This document shows positions 41,450-54,714 of a DNA stretch of 64,000 nt, in pieces (position 1 is the stretch's first letter; the number at the start of each line of letters is the position of its first letter). The translations under genes and the position numbers were made by a program. Under the pieces are notes generated by a model. That model ran no database searches and was not told the origin of the DNA. It saw nothing but the letters and a program-made list of their open reading frames with translations. The DNA comes from Tetramitus jugosus (Eukaryota > Protista > Heterolobosea): positions 1 to 64,000 of the forward strand of contig OW569358.1 of the NCBI GenBank assembly GCA_937625935.1, in the 5' to 3' direction.

Positions 41450-43153
41450 ATGTCAAGCATAATCAACTCTCATTCAAAGAGTAATTTGGAACGGGAACTC
41501 ATCCCTCAACCATTCACAAGCGCTCAAGAGTACATTTCCGAATTATTGTTATTTCTCCGTGAATGGTCCCGCTTCTTTCAGTACACCTCGACTACGGTTC
41601 GATTCTCCGATGATCACACAAAAGAGGAAGAAGAGGAAGATCATGTGATCCTATTCTTCAAGAACAAGCACTTTGAGCAGAGAGTACCCCAAGAATGGCA
41701 ATTACTCTTCTCAAACAACGATCAAGTTGATGACAATGATGATGAAACATGCAAGCACTTGATCGAGATGACAAGAGATGGAAAAGTGAGAGAACATTGG
41801 CCAAACTCACTCAAGAATTTTGTTACAAAAGCAAAGAGTCTCTACTTGAGAAGAGCTACATCCACCCACAAGACCAATAACACCTTATCACTTGGTGATG
41901 AGAGTACTAAGGAGAGTGCCGTTGTAAACAATGCATTGAATTACAACAAGAGAGAAATGATTCGGGGGATGAGTCCAAAGAAGCAACACGAGGTTCATAT
42001 TCTGGCTCATCTCATTGCTCAATATGCTTCTTCCACTGCTGCAGAAACAACAAACACAACCACAAGTGATGCTTGTGACAGTGTGTTGGATATTGGGAGT
42101 GGAAAGGGTTATTTGAGTCATGTTTTGGCATTTGATTATGGTCTGAATGTTCTTGCAGTGGATCACAATGAAAACGTTGTTCAGAAATCAATGGAGAAGA
42201 GTCACCGGTTATTGAAGAGTACCAATGATCAATCAAATGATGTCAAGAATACCTCGCGTCCGAATGCTGTGAGCTACAAGGCTATCTCGTCACATTTGAC
42301 CACTGATCAAACAGACTTTGAAGAGCTAATGAGTCGTATGGACAATATACCAAGAGATTCCAATTTGTGTCTCATTGGGCTGCACACATGTGGAGATTTG
42401 GCACCTGCAATGATCAAATTGTTTTTAGCGCATGATCGTACTCGATGCATGGTCAATGTTGGATGTTGCTACCACAAGGTGACAGAATCATGTGATGTCA
42501 ATCAGCACCAAAGTTGTTGCGGCAGAAATGTCAGTGGTGACAATGATACTTCATATCCAATGAGTCAATTTGTTAGAGATAAGGGTGGTTTATTGTTGAC
42601 AAATGGTGGCAAAGTTCTGGCTTGTGCTGCACTGGACAAGTGGAGTGCAGAAACACAAGCACTGAACAACTTCAAGCGAAATGCTCATCGATGTGCATTG
42701 GAAGCATTCTTGCATGAGTATCAAGGATCACCCAATCAATCACTGTCTAACAATGCATCATCAGCTGTGTATTGCATAGGCAGCATATCTGACCAGTACT
42801 CGTCATTTGTTTCTTATGCGATGCAATCGATTCGAACAATGAAGAACAAGAATCTCATTGTAGAGCAGTCGAAACTAAATGAGCTGCTAGCGAATGAAGA
42901 TGTACTGAGCGAAGAGTTGAACAGATTTTATCAATCATTGAACCCAAGGAAGGATGAGAGAATCACACAACTGGATGTCTATTGGAGTTTACGCGCCCTG
43001 TTAGGTCCATTGCTTGAGGCACTAATCATAGTCGATCGTTTCTTATTCTTGAAAGAGCAGGGCGTAGAGGCAGATGTAATGCGCATATTCGATGGCGAAC
43101 TATCCCCTCGAAACATGGTGCTATTAGCGAAGAAATACAACGTAAACGAATAA
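41450..43153 (+). CDS. SAM-dependent methyltransferase, METTL25/RRNAD1 family
   Basis: MSPKKQHEV, VLDIGSGKGYL, GLHTCGDL, VGCCYH, DRFLFLKE, SPRN. Confidence 0.88.
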   Translation: MSSIINSHSKSNLERELIPQPFTSAQEYISELLLFLREWSRFFQYTSTTVRFSDDHTKEEEEEDHVILFFKNKHFEQRVPQEWQLLFSNNDQVDDNDDETCKHLIEMTRDGKVREHWPNSLKNFVTKAKSLYLRRATSTHKTNNTLSLGDESTKESAVVNNALNYNKREMIRGMSPKKQHEVHILAHLIAQYASSTAAETTNTTTSDACDSVLDIGSGKGYLSHVLAFDYGLNVLAVDHNENVVQKSMEKSHRLLKSTNDQSNDVKNTSRPNAVSYKAISSHLTTDQTDFEELMSRMDNIPRDSNLCLIGLHTCGDLAPAMIKLFLAHDRTRCMVNVGCCYHKVTESCDVNQHQSCCGRNVSGDNDTSYPMSQFVRDKGGLLLTNGGKVLACAALDKWSAETQALNNFKRNAHRCALEAFLHEYQGSPNQSLSNNASSAVYCIGSISDQYSSFVSYAMQSIRTMKNKNLIVEQSKLNELLANEDVLSEELNRFYQSLNPRKDERITQLDVYWSLRALLGPLLEALIIVDRFLFLKEQGVEADVMRIFDGELSPRNMVLLAKKYNVNE

Positions 43154-43194
43154 AATATGGTGATAGCATATCGCTATATGACGTGAGTGAATAT

Positions 43195-45408
43195 TTATTG
43201 GTACATGGATTCAATGTCGTCCTTGTGGAGCTCGTAGATGTGACTTCTCTTGAGCTTCTGAGCTGCAGTCAAGCATCCATTCTCAGGAGTCCATTCCTCA
43301 TTGTATAACTTGATGCCCAAAAGTCTCTCAAATGATTTCACTTTGTTCTGTTTGCCTTCTTCGTTGAAGCTTCTGAACACCTCGGCAATCACGGCTGGAT
43401 TTTTGACCAGATCAGACTTGCTGAGTGATGTAATTCCATTGGCACTGGCCCATGATTTAAGGACAGTAAATTGAGGAATGACAACAGCAACAGGTTGATC
43501 CTTCTCGGAGTTGGCATACACCATAATACCGTTAGGGCTCACATACTTTGAGTTTCCATAGACAGATTCAAGATTCTCGAGTGAAATGTACTCTCCGGCA
43601 CTGAGCTTGACCAAATTCTTTCTACGATCAATGATTTGTAGAGCTCCGTTGGCCTTGATCTGAGCAACATCACCAGTGTGGAACCATCCGTCCTTGTCGA
43701 AAGCTTCCTTAGTCAAATGATCCTGCTTGAAATAACCAGGAGAGATGTTGTTACCTCTGACAGCAATTTCACCACGTGGGAATGGCTTATCAGTGCTCAA
43801 GTATCCCATCTCTGGAACATCAATGAGCTTAATTTCGGAACTAGGGAGAGGAGCACCCACAGATTGCATCTCAAATGTGTCATAGGCACCTTGGATGGCA
43901 ACAGCAGCAGTAGTCTCAGTCAAACCATAGCCCTGAACAAAGCAGCAACTGAAGCAAACTCTCATGAACTCGTGAGAATCCTTGTTCAATGGTGCGCCAC
44001 CGCTCATCATGAGAACCATATTGCCACCAATCAACTTTCTAAACTTGTTGAAGACGAGCATGTTCCAAACAGGTGTCTCATCACCTCTCTTGAGAGCTGC
44101 AGCCTTGCACTTGTAAGCAGCATTGAACAACCACTTGACCAATGCATTACCATTGTCCAATCTTTCCTTTGCACCCTTCTTGATGGTGTCAAACACTCGA
44201 GGAACACCGACAAGAATACTTGGAGCAACAGCTTGAATATCACCAATTGGCTTTGCACCCTTCTCGCTCAATGTTCTTGCACTGCCGTAGCCAATGCATC
44301 CACCACGCAACATGATCACATGCTCTGCAATCAATTCCAAAATGTGAGCCAATGGAAGATAGGCCACATAGCGATACTCGATCGTCTTGTCCTCACCAAT
44401 CGTCACATCAACAGATGCCATCGAAGCCAAAATGTTACCATGAGTGAGCATAACGCCCTTGGATTTGCCTGTAGTTCCCGATGTGTACATGATCATGCCC
44501 AATGATTCCAATCCTGGTCTACGATGAGTTTCAGTCGCCTTCTTGATCGATTCACCCTTGTTGCTCGTAGCACCCAATTTCTCCACATCGTCAAACGACG
44601 TGAATGTAATCTGAGGTGCATGCTGAGCCAAATGACTCAACACTTGTCTCTCGCGCTTCAAATTCTCTTCATCGTCCTCCACAATACCATTTCTCGTATA
44701 AATAACGTGCTTCAACTGAGGACACTCGGCTGCAATGCGCACAAAATCACTCAACGATGAAACGTTGACCAACATGGCACTGGAACCAGTTTCCTGAACT
44801 GCGGCAATCATAGCCTCGAGACCCAAGTTTGCATAAATGGTGCACACAGTGATATCATAGCGGAAACAGCTCTGAGCAAGCATCATCCACTGATAACAAG
44901 TGTTTTCAAACATGATAAATGAGTCACCACTCTTGAGTCCAGTCAATTGGAGCATTCCAATAGAAACGTTATCCACTTTTTGAGCCACTTGAGAAAAAGT
45001 AAGGTATTTGATGGGTGCAAATTCAGGAATTTCCCAAGTCTTGACCGTACCATCCTTTTGTGTCACCTTGTTCACATGCATCTTGACCATTCTTCTCCAA
45101 CCCATGCAGTTATTGTCGGAGAAATGTTTGACCGCGTGATCAAAAATGTCCGCTACGCTGGTGGCGCCAGGAATCGGAGAATCTAAGAGCTTGTGAGTAA
45201 AGTTGGCGTGTCGGTAGACTGGTGTTTCACCAACAATGCTTGATTCAGAGGAGAGCTTGTTGGAGAGCTTGTGATCAGATGGATACTTGACTCTCATGTC
45301 ATGAACCAACGATTTTTCCTTTTTGAAGAGATAGGCAATGTAGAAGACGATTCTATCGAGAATGTCGATCAAGTGAATGATCAGAGAACCAATCAGTGCA
45401 AGAGCCAT
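43195..45408 (-). CDS. Long-chain fatty acyl-CoA synthetase (ACSL3/4, Faa-like)
   Basis: YTSGTTGKSKGV, YLPLAHILE, QGYGLTET, GWFHTGD, IIDRRKNLVKL..GEYI. Confidence 0.95.
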   Translation of the reverse strand: MALALIGSLIIHLIDILDRIVFYIAYLFKKEKSLVHDMRVKYPSDHKLSNKLSSESSIVGETPVYRHANFTHKLLDSPIPGATSVADIFDHAVKHFSDNNCMGWRRMVKMHVNKVTQKDGTVKTWEIPEFAPIKYLTFSQVAQKVDNVSIGMLQLTGLKSGDSFIMFENTCYQWMMLAQSCFRYDITVCTIYANLGLEAMIAAVQETGSSAMLVNVSSLSDFVRIAAECPQLKHVIYTRNGIVEDDEENLKRERQVLSHLAQHAPQITFTSFDDVEKLGATSNKGESIKKATETHRRPGLESLGMIMYTSGTTGKSKGVMLTHGNILASMASVDVTIGEDKTIEYRYVAYLPLAHILELIAEHVIMLRGGCIGYGSARTLSEKGAKPIGDIQAVAPSILVGVPRVFDTIKKGAKERLDNGNALVKWLFNAAYKCKAAALKRGDETPVWNMLVFNKFRKLIGGNMVLMMSGGAPLNKDSHEFMRVCFSCCFVQGYGLTETTAAVAIQGAYDTFEMQSVGAPLPSSEIKLIDVPEMGYLSTDKPFPRGEIAVRGNNISPGYFKQDHLTKEAFDKDGWFHTGDVAQIKANGALQIIDRRKNLVKLSAGEYISLENLESVYGNSKYVSPNGIMVYANSEKDQPVAVVIPQFTVLKSWASANGITSLSKSDLVKNPAVIAEVFRSFNEEGKQNKVKSFERLLGIKLYNEEWTPENGCLTAAQKLKRSHIYELHKDDIESMYQ

Positions 45409-45758
45409 GACCTGTTTTTTTTGTTGTTGTTGTTGTTGTTCTGTTGTTGATTTTGTTTTTTGATTGTGAAAATCTTTTTTGTTCTGAGTTGTTCGATTTC
45501 GGAGGGAAATTGAATTTTTGGTCTTTTTTTGGCCTGAGCGAAAGAAGAAAACCAGGAAAATTAAAAAGTTTACAAAATTCGGCCTAGGAGAATTATTACC
45601 TGGGAATTCCAGGCCTGGGAAAACGTCATTCGTTTGACTGGTACGTTGATATTCTCGCATCTGATCGGTTCAAATTCTTCTACTTATCTGGGGAAGAAGA
45701 CACGCTATCCAACTTTTGCCCAAACCACCAAGAGAGAAAAAACACAAGCTAGCTCAAC

Positions 45759-46715
45759 ATGTTCCTTTATCATCCGTGCATCATCAGCCGAAACATGAAG
45801 CCTCACTTCACTCAAAAGGTTGTCTCGTTCAAGTGCCAAGCAACAAGCGCAAAGAGGTTCTATTCCATGCAACAGTCCACTGCTCATGCAACGACCACCC
45901 AAGCCGATGTCAGTAATTACATGCAATCGGCTCTGACGTATTACAAGTACTTCCAATGGGAGAGAGCCATTGACAACTTTTCCCGAGTGATTGAATGCAA
46001 CAGTCGTGAAACCCTCGACTCACAAGTGCAAGACAATCCACTCTCACAAGAACGAAAGCCACTCGACGAAGTGATGAGAAGAGACCAAGTACTGTTGGCA
46101 TATCGATGCCGTGGGAAACTGTTCCACATCAAGCATGATTACAAGAGAGCAGTGGATGATTTGAGTCATGCAATTCGCTTGGAATCAAGTGCACAAGGCA
46201 GTGAAACTAGTTTTATCGTTCGTGGTGATGCCTTCTATTCCATGAAGAAATACACGGAAGCCATTCAAGATTACTCGATGGCATTGAACGCACTAGAGAA
46301 CCTATACAATAGGGAACAAGCAAGTGCACGAACAACAAGAACTTTGAGTATTGTAATGGAGGATGAAACGAGTAGGTTGCTCAAAAACAATCCATGTGTC
46401 CAGACAGAGCAAGACAACCACCTTCAAGGATTGAGTGCAAGTGGACAATTGGCTCTCCACAATCTAGCAGAGCTGTACATAAAGAGAGGCAACGCATACC
46501 GGTATTCAAATCACCACGAGAAAGCACTGCATGATTTCTCGAGAGTGACAGAACTGTGTCCAAATGATATCCGTGGTTTTTCCCTGAGGGCTGCACTGTT
46601 GGACCAACTGGAACGCTTTCAAGAAGCAAAGAAGGACTATGAGACTGTGGTGCGCATGGACCCAACTCAACAGATTGCTAACACCCGCCTGCATTCACTT
46701 CATGAAATGAACTAA
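45759..46715 (+). CDS. TPR-repeat protein
   Basis: Repeated RG..Y....Y..A..D...AI.L.P motifs. Confidence 0.85.
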   Translation: MFLYHPCIISRNMKPHFTQKVVSFKCQATSAKRFYSMQQSTAHATTTQADVSNYMQSALTYYKYFQWERAIDNFSRVIECNSRETLDSQVQDNPLSQERKPLDEVMRRDQVLLAYRCRGKLFHIKHDYKRAVDDLSHAIRLESSAQGSETSFIVRGDAFYSMKKYTEAIQDYSMALNALENLYNREQASARTTRTLSIVMEDETSRLLKNNPCVQTEQDNHLQGLSASGQLALHNLAELYIKRGNAYRYSNHHEKALHDFSRVTELCPNDIRGFSLRAALLDQLERFQEAKKDYETVVRMDPTQQIANTRLHSLHEMN

Positions 46716-46835
46716 GTCTGGTTTCCCATGAACAATGGTACCTCCCTCCTACCTCCTCCTTTGAACATTGTGTAAATAAAAATTTTAGTATTTGATGGAT
46801 TTTATTGTATTTGATACGGATTCAAAATTGGGCTT

Positions 46836-47993
46836 TTACATGGAAGTGTTGGTCAACTTTTCAGCAATGGACAACTGTGTGCGCATCAAGTTACTCAAAT
46901 ATATGACCATGAGCAAATCTTGCAAATGCTCGTTAAAGTCCTTATCGAACTGTTCAGTGTTAATCTTTGGAACACCAGTCAAAGCATCATTCAAATATTC
47001 GCCAATGGAGCTATCGGCAGCAGTCTTGCCCGACAACACATTTTGAACATAGGTGTTGACTTCGCTCAACATTTGTGACAACTTGACCAATGAATTCTCC
47101 AATTGATCAACTTCATTGATGGCTGCACTGGCACTGGTACCCTTCTTGGTCACTTCTTGCTTTTCCTTGCGAATCAATGCACTCACTGAACAAAAAAAAA
47201 CACGCGCACACACACGATAAAGAAGAGAAACGAGAGAAAAAAAATAACCCTGGTAGTTAGCTTTCCATTCTTTTCACACAGCAGCAATCAATGCACGCAC
47301 ACATGCATTCATCGTCGTCAAACAACAAATTACACATATCAACAAAAAAAAACAACAAAAAAAACAACATGATAAACTTTGTGAGAGATTAATAAACTTA
47401 CATCCAATCTTTTCACTCTGAGTAGTTGTATAGGACAATTTGATTCTTCTGAAATGAGATGCAATAACCTTATCCTTGATCATCAATGGCTTGTTCATGT
47501 AACCCTTGACACCCATACCACTAAACTTGTTATTGTTGTTCAATAGTTCACTTGTAGCGACGAGAACAAAAATTGGATTCTGTTTCACATTGTTGTTGAA
47601 CACTTCGTGGATCAACAAGTCATCTTCAGTCACATCGGAGCCTGTGCCATACCATCCAAGAACAACATCATTAGGGTACACTCTATGGTGCAATTCGTAC
47701 ATGGTTCTAAAGAATTCAATGTCCACTGTGACTTCTTCCTCAGTTTCTGCGTGTTTCACTGGGAAGCAGTTCTTAATTTCGATGGAGCCTTCCTTGTATT
47801 CACCTAGTAGTGCACCAATGACTCTGGATTGATCTTGAGAGCGTCTGCTATAGTGATCCAAAATGTTGATGGCAACGACTGGATGAATTTGATACTGGAG
47901 AGTGTTGGAAGTGGTGGTGGTGGCCTTGGTGTTTAGCTCTTGAGATGCTTCATCAGCCAATAGTAATTGTGAGACGTTTCCTGAGAGAGACAT
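46836..47993 (-). CDS. EIF3F: eIF3 subunit F (MPN domain); 2 exons (47993-47402, 47185-46836)
   Basis: IHPVVAINILDHYSRR, RVIGALLG, NCFPVKH.E, LGWYGTG and QDLLMVIYLSNL.RTQL. Intron 47401-47186 is GTAAGT..CAG and joins the frame as IGLSALIRK. Confidence 0.88.
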
Positions 47994-48580
47994 TGTTGAT
48001 TTTGTTGTTTTGTTGTTGATTTGATGATGATGAAGGTAAATTTGATGATTGAATTTGTGTGTTGAAAATTTTCTACAAAGGTGAAAAGCTTTTTTTGAGT
48101 GTGTGAGTTGCGCATTGGCGGAGAAACAAGTTCATTGGACAGAGAGACCTATTGAAGTAGTCTGGGTTTGTTCGGCCATTGCACTTTTATCCTGACTTTG
48201 GTCCTTAACGACCTGATGGTTTGTTGCCCTAAGAGAATGGATGCATACGGTCACTATTTGCTTGGATCATTCCAGAGTAAGACAAACACGAAATACGGCG
48301 ATTTATGATTCCATCGCCACAAAGCTCAAGGATTCCAACACCAGATTTCATCCAACACAACGACCTGTCAGACAAAGGAGAAAAAACCTTGCGCTCATTC
48401 CCTGCCTAAAAAAATCCTCTGTGCAATCAACTCAAATTGATCACAAAAGCTGCTCACAACAACACCAATCATATATCAAACACCAACACACAAATTAATT
48501 TATATTCACACAAAACAGTTGAAAAATACAACACTTTTTTTTTTTGATATCATCATACAACATCAACAACAACAACAACA

Positions 48581-51500
48581 ATGGCTGACCGTATTATATC
48601 TGGCGTGCTCAACAAGTACATGTCAGTATTTATCAAAAACTGGAGCAAAGATGCCTTGTCTCTCAGCTTTCTTCGTGGTGAAGGTGTATTGAACAACTTG
48701 GGTATGTTTGACTCTTGAATTCATCATCATCTCTCCATGAGAAGATAATACGCACCTGTCTGCCATATTTGTTTCAATTGATTTATTAACCAATCAATCA
48801 ATCAATTAATCAACCATAAAAAAAACACACACACACACATGTTATGATTATGCAATTGTCATATCACAGAGTTCAATGAGGAAGTTGTTCAAGAAGTCAT
48901 GTCCATTCCCTTTCTGCAAGTCAATCGTGTTCACGTGAGTCAACTTCGATGCAAGCTTCCATCACTCACTCGTTTAAACAATGATCCATTGTGTGTGATG
49001 ATGGATCATTTGACAATTGAGATTTCAGAGCCCATGAGTGCGAGGCCCATTACGACACCATTGGCCGATTTTATCAAATCAATGAGTCAATCATCATCGT
49101 CATCGAACAGTGGTGAGAGCAGCAAAAAATATGGTTTCATTGAAAAGTTGATTGATGGAATATCGGTCGAAGTGAAACGAGTAACGTTTTTAGTCAAGAC
49201 ACTGGGACCACATCCCTCTCAAATGGTTGGTCATTGGACACCACCTTGTCTAAAGATTGAATTGCTTGATTTTAAGATGGTGGCAACGAATTCAGGTTGG
49301 AACGTGGTGGATCTCAAGTATGCACTGCCAAAGTTTGATAAGAATAAGCCTGTTTTGACACTGTACAAGAAGGGAACAATGAAATCATTGAGTGTGCACT
49401 TGGTTCATCCATTGAATGTATCAACAAACAACAACAATAGCAACAACAATACTTACAACAGAAATCAACAACAACAACAACAACAACAGCAGCAACAAAT
49501 TTATCCTGATGTCACACTGGTGGAACACGTATCTGCTCTTATTAAAATTATGCACAAGAAGAAGGCAGTGGGTGGGAAACCATTGGGTGCAAGTATCGAT
49601 GTATTGATTGGTGATGTGAGCATTAGTCTGAATCAGTTCGATTTATCATATGTAATTCGGTTTTTGATGGGATTCCAGGCTGCGTCACAGAGACAGGATC
49701 TCATTGGACCACATGTAGAATTTATGAAGAAAAAGTTGAAGAGTCAAGATAGGAAATCAGAGTCCACTTCTACTGTGTCTGGTACAGGGAGAACAACGAC
49801 AGCGCTCAACAAGTTCCTTTCGAAGAAACCGAGTGAGGATGAAGTTGATTTGGATATGTTGACCGATGATACAGAAGACACGGATGCTGATTTAGTGAGT
49901 GTACAGGCGAATAATATCAGTAGTCCAGGACCGAGCGATGAGGATGATGTTCAAGTGAGAATCAACATATTTTTGAATAACGCGAAAGCAGAGTTTAAGA
50001 ATGGCCCAATCAGTTATTTGATCGAAGTGTTTGGGTTTAATTTAACTGTGATCACACCGCCACAATCAATCGACAAGTATATTGAAATGGTTGTGCCGTA
50101 TTGTCATTTCCGATACATGGATGCTGAAAACAGAGGACAAACAGTGGATGTATCTGAAAATGAGGATGCAATTATGTTGGAGAATATCATTGGTCCTAAA
50201 CTGAATCACCCTGTATATAATGAAACACCAGAGATGTTAGAGAAGGTCGCAGATCAATACACAATTGATATGGAGTTGTGGCCAGAGTTTTTGCCTGATC
50301 CGTCCATGAAGAATTCAACACGTAAGAAGCGATACGATACTCATTTCAGTAATCCATATGCACTGGGGTATAAGCACAAATTTTTCGAGGAGGGCAGAGA
50401 AATGGTTCGTTTCAAATTTATTGTCTCTCCTGCGACGAAGAATTTTGTTTTCGAGATGAGAGTGAATCCAGTGCAAGGAATTGCACATGTCAAAAAGCTT
50501 CTTTCTTTAACTGAGTATATTTTGGGTAGCTTTCCTGATATGAGTATATTACCACCAGAAGATCAGCGAATTGTTTTCCCTAGTTTCATTCCCTCGGAGT
50601 CTCGAAGACGAAGAAAGGAGAATGATAGAGAGTTGGACGATGAGGCATCGATAGACGAGTTTGAGTCTGATGATCCAAAGATATCATTTGTGATACAGGT
50701 TAAAGATCCAAGTATTTATGTTCCATCTAATACAGAAGTGGGAGATTTTAGTGGTATTTCTGAGATGTTACGGATCTCAGCCAAAGAGTTGACAATTACT
50801 TTTGATCCGAGACTACCTCGGCCTTCATGGGCAGACGAAACTGAAGACACCTTATATGTTCCAAAGTTTGACTCTACGCAAGAGATGTACATGTTCCCTT
50901 CTTGTAATGAGGATTATACATCGTTCAATCGTGCTATGTGGGAGGTGTTACCTGTTAAGCTCAAGTTTAATCTTACTCAGTTCTGCTTCGACTTGTTGCC
51001 AAGTTTTACAGCTCCCCCGCAGAAAATAATGAAACCTCTATCCATTAATTTCGATCTGGCTGTGAATGATCCAGATTTGAGTGATTTTAATCGCAAGTTA
51101 CCAATGGTTGTCATCATGACCCGAGTACCAAAGTTAGATTTTCATTTAACTCAAAATCAATGCATTTTGTTATTGGACTGGGTCAAAACATATCTAGACG
51201 ATCCACCAGAGATTAGTGCTCTGCTGTTAAAGAACACCCAGCAGTTTGCCCGAGCAAATCACCAAATCATTATGAATCAGAGAAGGCGCAGGAAAGCTGC
51301 TACGTTTAGAGAAGACAGTCGCTTCGGTGATGAATTGACAGAGATGGCAACGGATGAGGATATTAGTGATGAAATATCAATGTTGGAGAGATCTGATCGA
51401 GAACTAGCTCCTGTTTTTGTGGGAGTCAAGCTTGAAGAGTTGGCGTTATCAATCAGCTTATCCTCCAATAATGTAGCTGAGATTTTTGATCCAAATTATG

Positions 51501-54500
51501 AGAGCATGGAGGCACCTTTAACTAGTATCAACCTCGTTGGAGCAGAATTCATCCTGGAAACTCACGAAAGTTCTCGCAAGATGATAATTAAGGCTCGTGT
51601 CGAGTCCTTATTGATGCTCTCTCCTCCACCACGCAGTGAACAGTCAACTATTGATCCCTCATCTGTACTTATCGCTCATAAAACATTCAAAGGAACACCT
51701 CACGTGTTCTACAAGCACCACAAGACGGACAGTCAAGAGAAGGAATACATGGTGCTCATGAGATATGAACATCCAATGCACGTACCTCTGAACAGAAAGA
51801 CCACACCTGTGAGCAAGTTGTACAATACGAACTATCCTATGAATCCGCTTCTTATTTTCAAGCTAGATGGCGTTCATATGGGCTTAAACGCAAACAGCGT
51901 TTTCAAGATTTTGAAATTTATGGAATCGAGAGATAATATCTTTGATACATCTCCGATTGAGTTCATGACTCAAACTGTGGGAAGAACTGTGGCAGTTTTG
52001 AAGGATAGAATCACTAAAATCAGTGAGGCTGTGAAGGATAACTCAACAGCGACAACGCCTCTGACTCCTCTCAGTGGTGCTACTGATAATGTATTCAAGA
52101 CTGAAGGAACGACCGACCAAACACAAATTAATGTGGAGCATGGTGAAACAACGCAACAAGAGGTAGAGCAAGTGATTCCATCACCAAAGAGTGCTACCCC
52201 TACTACTGACTCAACAATCGTCCAGGTTGTAGACTCACCTTCGTCCACAAAGAAAAAGAAGAGAAAGAGGATCTTCAGCAGTAAGACAGGACGGCCAGTC
52301 TATCCTATTTTATGGGAGGTGGATGTAACGAATGTTGAGATTTTTGTTGTGGAAGACAAAGTTGAGGAACATGAGCGTGAGCAATCAAATGCACTGGGTA
52401 TTGAAGTTGAGACAATGAAGGTAAAGCACGAACCAAGAAGGAGAGAAGGAACACATTATGAGTTTAATTCTCATACGTACTCTGCATTCCAATTGCTTGC
52501 CCCTACAATCAAAGAAACTCCTCCATGCTATCACACAAAAGAATTCGACTTTGCTATGGGGGCGAGTGCAAGCGGTGCTATATTCTCATCACTTGTGTTT
52601 ACCAAAGATGATAATACTTTACGTCGGACAGAATTGAGTGATGCTGTCTCCTTAGAATTAGAGTTAAAGAGTGATTACAATATGCCTTTGAATCAAAGGG
52701 ATATTATGCTTCAGTTGTCTAAACATGATCCTAGCACACCAGCGCCATTTAGCTGGAATATCAGTCTAACGCCGCAATTATTGAGTGCTATTACTGCTTT
52801 GATCAAAGGACAAATTGAAGAGGTGAAGCAATTTGCGTTCTTGCTTCGATTTATTCGATCACCAGCAGCTGACTTGGCTCAAAACTTTAATCGCCTTCAA
52901 TCAGAGATCAATCGAACACAGAGAGCTATCACAAGAGCTATATTCTCTCAGGACGCTCTTGGTGATGCAGTGCGGAAATTACAAGTGGATATTGCCGAAA
53001 AGGAGGAGGCACTACAGACTGCCATACAAGACAAACTCCGTTTAACTACCATGCTGGCCGAATCTATGTCCGCTCAGTATTCACGTAGTCCTCAACAAGC
53101 AGTTAGATCAGTGCAAGCTCCATCATCCCCTCAGATACAATCAGCCGCAACCACACAACCCCAGCCAACCCAACCATCTCAGGCAAAAGAACCTAAAGCA
53201 ATGATTCTGATGGAGGGTAGCTGCTCTTTACTCTTGAGTGAGAGCCAAACATGGCGGAAGGTCTTTGGTATTTTGATGGGCACCCAGCTCATCTTTTTGA
53301 CTCAGAGAATTGCTTTGAATGAGATTCGAGATCCCGTTGCTCGTAAGAAGTATACATACTCTACGCTCTGGCTTAATGAGAATTCAGAATCATTTAAAAC
53401 ATATGCTCCCGTGAATGAGAGAGAGCCGAAGAAAGTGTTATATGTTTCCAACTCCGATGTTGAGGCTCTGTACATCAATACTGAAAATGAGCAAGCAATG
53501 GCTGATTGGACTCGAGTTATTGAAAGAACAATAGAAGCCAAGAAGGAGGAGAAGCAAGAAGCTGATCGTCTCGAAAAGGAGAGATTGGAGCAAGAGCAGA
53601 GAGAGGAACAAGAGCGCATTGAGAAAGAAGAACGAGAGAGAATAGAGCAAGAGAAACAGAAGCAAGAGGAGCAGGAGAGAATGGACAAAGAGAGAGAATA
53701 TGACGTGTCTCGTGGTGTAGCCAGTATTGCCATACAAACTGATTTCCACGATGAGGAGGAACAGATGAATCAAGATCAAAAAACACTGAGACAAATTGAA
53801 GAGCTGCTTGTACAATTTACCATCATGAGGGAGTCCATGCAGGGAGCTAAGAAGGAGCATGATCTACTGCAAGAAAAGATGACCGAACTGACCGAATATG
53901 TGAAGCAAGTGAAACAGGAAGAAGGTTCCCGACTTGAGAATATCCAAAATAAGATCAAACATGAGGCTGAACGATCACGGCAAGAAGAAGCCATCAGACA
54001 TGAGAATGCAGAATTGAAACAGCAGCTCATGCGGAAGGGCCAAAAAGTTCTGGAGTTGGAGAGAGATCTGGACAAGGAGAAGAAAACCGTGTTACGTGTC
54101 AAGGAGGAGCACCAGATGCTAGCTGAGAATATGAGATTACACTTTGTGGTAATTGAAGATCAGTTGAACAGAGTTACTGGGGAAAAGAATATTCTAAAGC
54201 GAGAACTGGAGGCGTATGAGACTCAACGACCACCAACCCGAAGACTCTCTATCAGAGACAGAACTCCTCACCAGAGAATACCATCGGACGAAGACGTTAA
54301 TAGTGAGTTGAAGGTGATCATACAAGACTTGTATCAGCAACTAGCTGCAAAAGATGATGAGATTAAGATGTTACGCATGAAGAATGTCGAGCTTAATTCC
54401 AGAGGAGGATCATCCACAATCGTCGAAAGTAGCTACGCTAGTGTTAGCTTTGCAGAATCTGTTGTTACACAGAACAGACCGCCCTCTGCAAAACATGTAC

Positions 54501-54610
54501 CACTACCACCTATTCCTGTGAGGAAACCACTCCCTCCTCCCCCAAGCTTCAATTCTCAACAACCCAAAGACCCCTCAGCTGAGGAGCAAGTCGATCCGAT
54601 AACTCAATGA
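48581..54610 (+). CDS. Bridge-like lipid transfer protein (BLTP3/UHRF1BP1-like, Chorein-N) with C-terminal PH-like domain and coiled coil; 2 exons (48581-48701, 48870-54610)
   Basis: Spliced N-terminus MADRIISGVLNKYMSVFIKNW..SLSFLRGEGVLNNLEFNEEV is a Chorein-N; also YGFIEKLIDG. Intron 48702-48869 is GTATGT..CAG. Confidence 0.75.
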
Positions 54611-54714
54611 TAAATTATTATACATGCCAGTCTTCTCCCGCCAAAATTTTCCGTACAGAAAAACTCAGCTTAACTCTGAGCGAGATCACAGAAATCACCA
54701 AAACCATCATCAAG

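Noticed and set aside
43678-44505. Long antisense ORFs (e.g. 275 aa opposite ACSL, 179 aa opposite Wee1)
   Set aside because: Shadow frames of conserved genes with no motifs.
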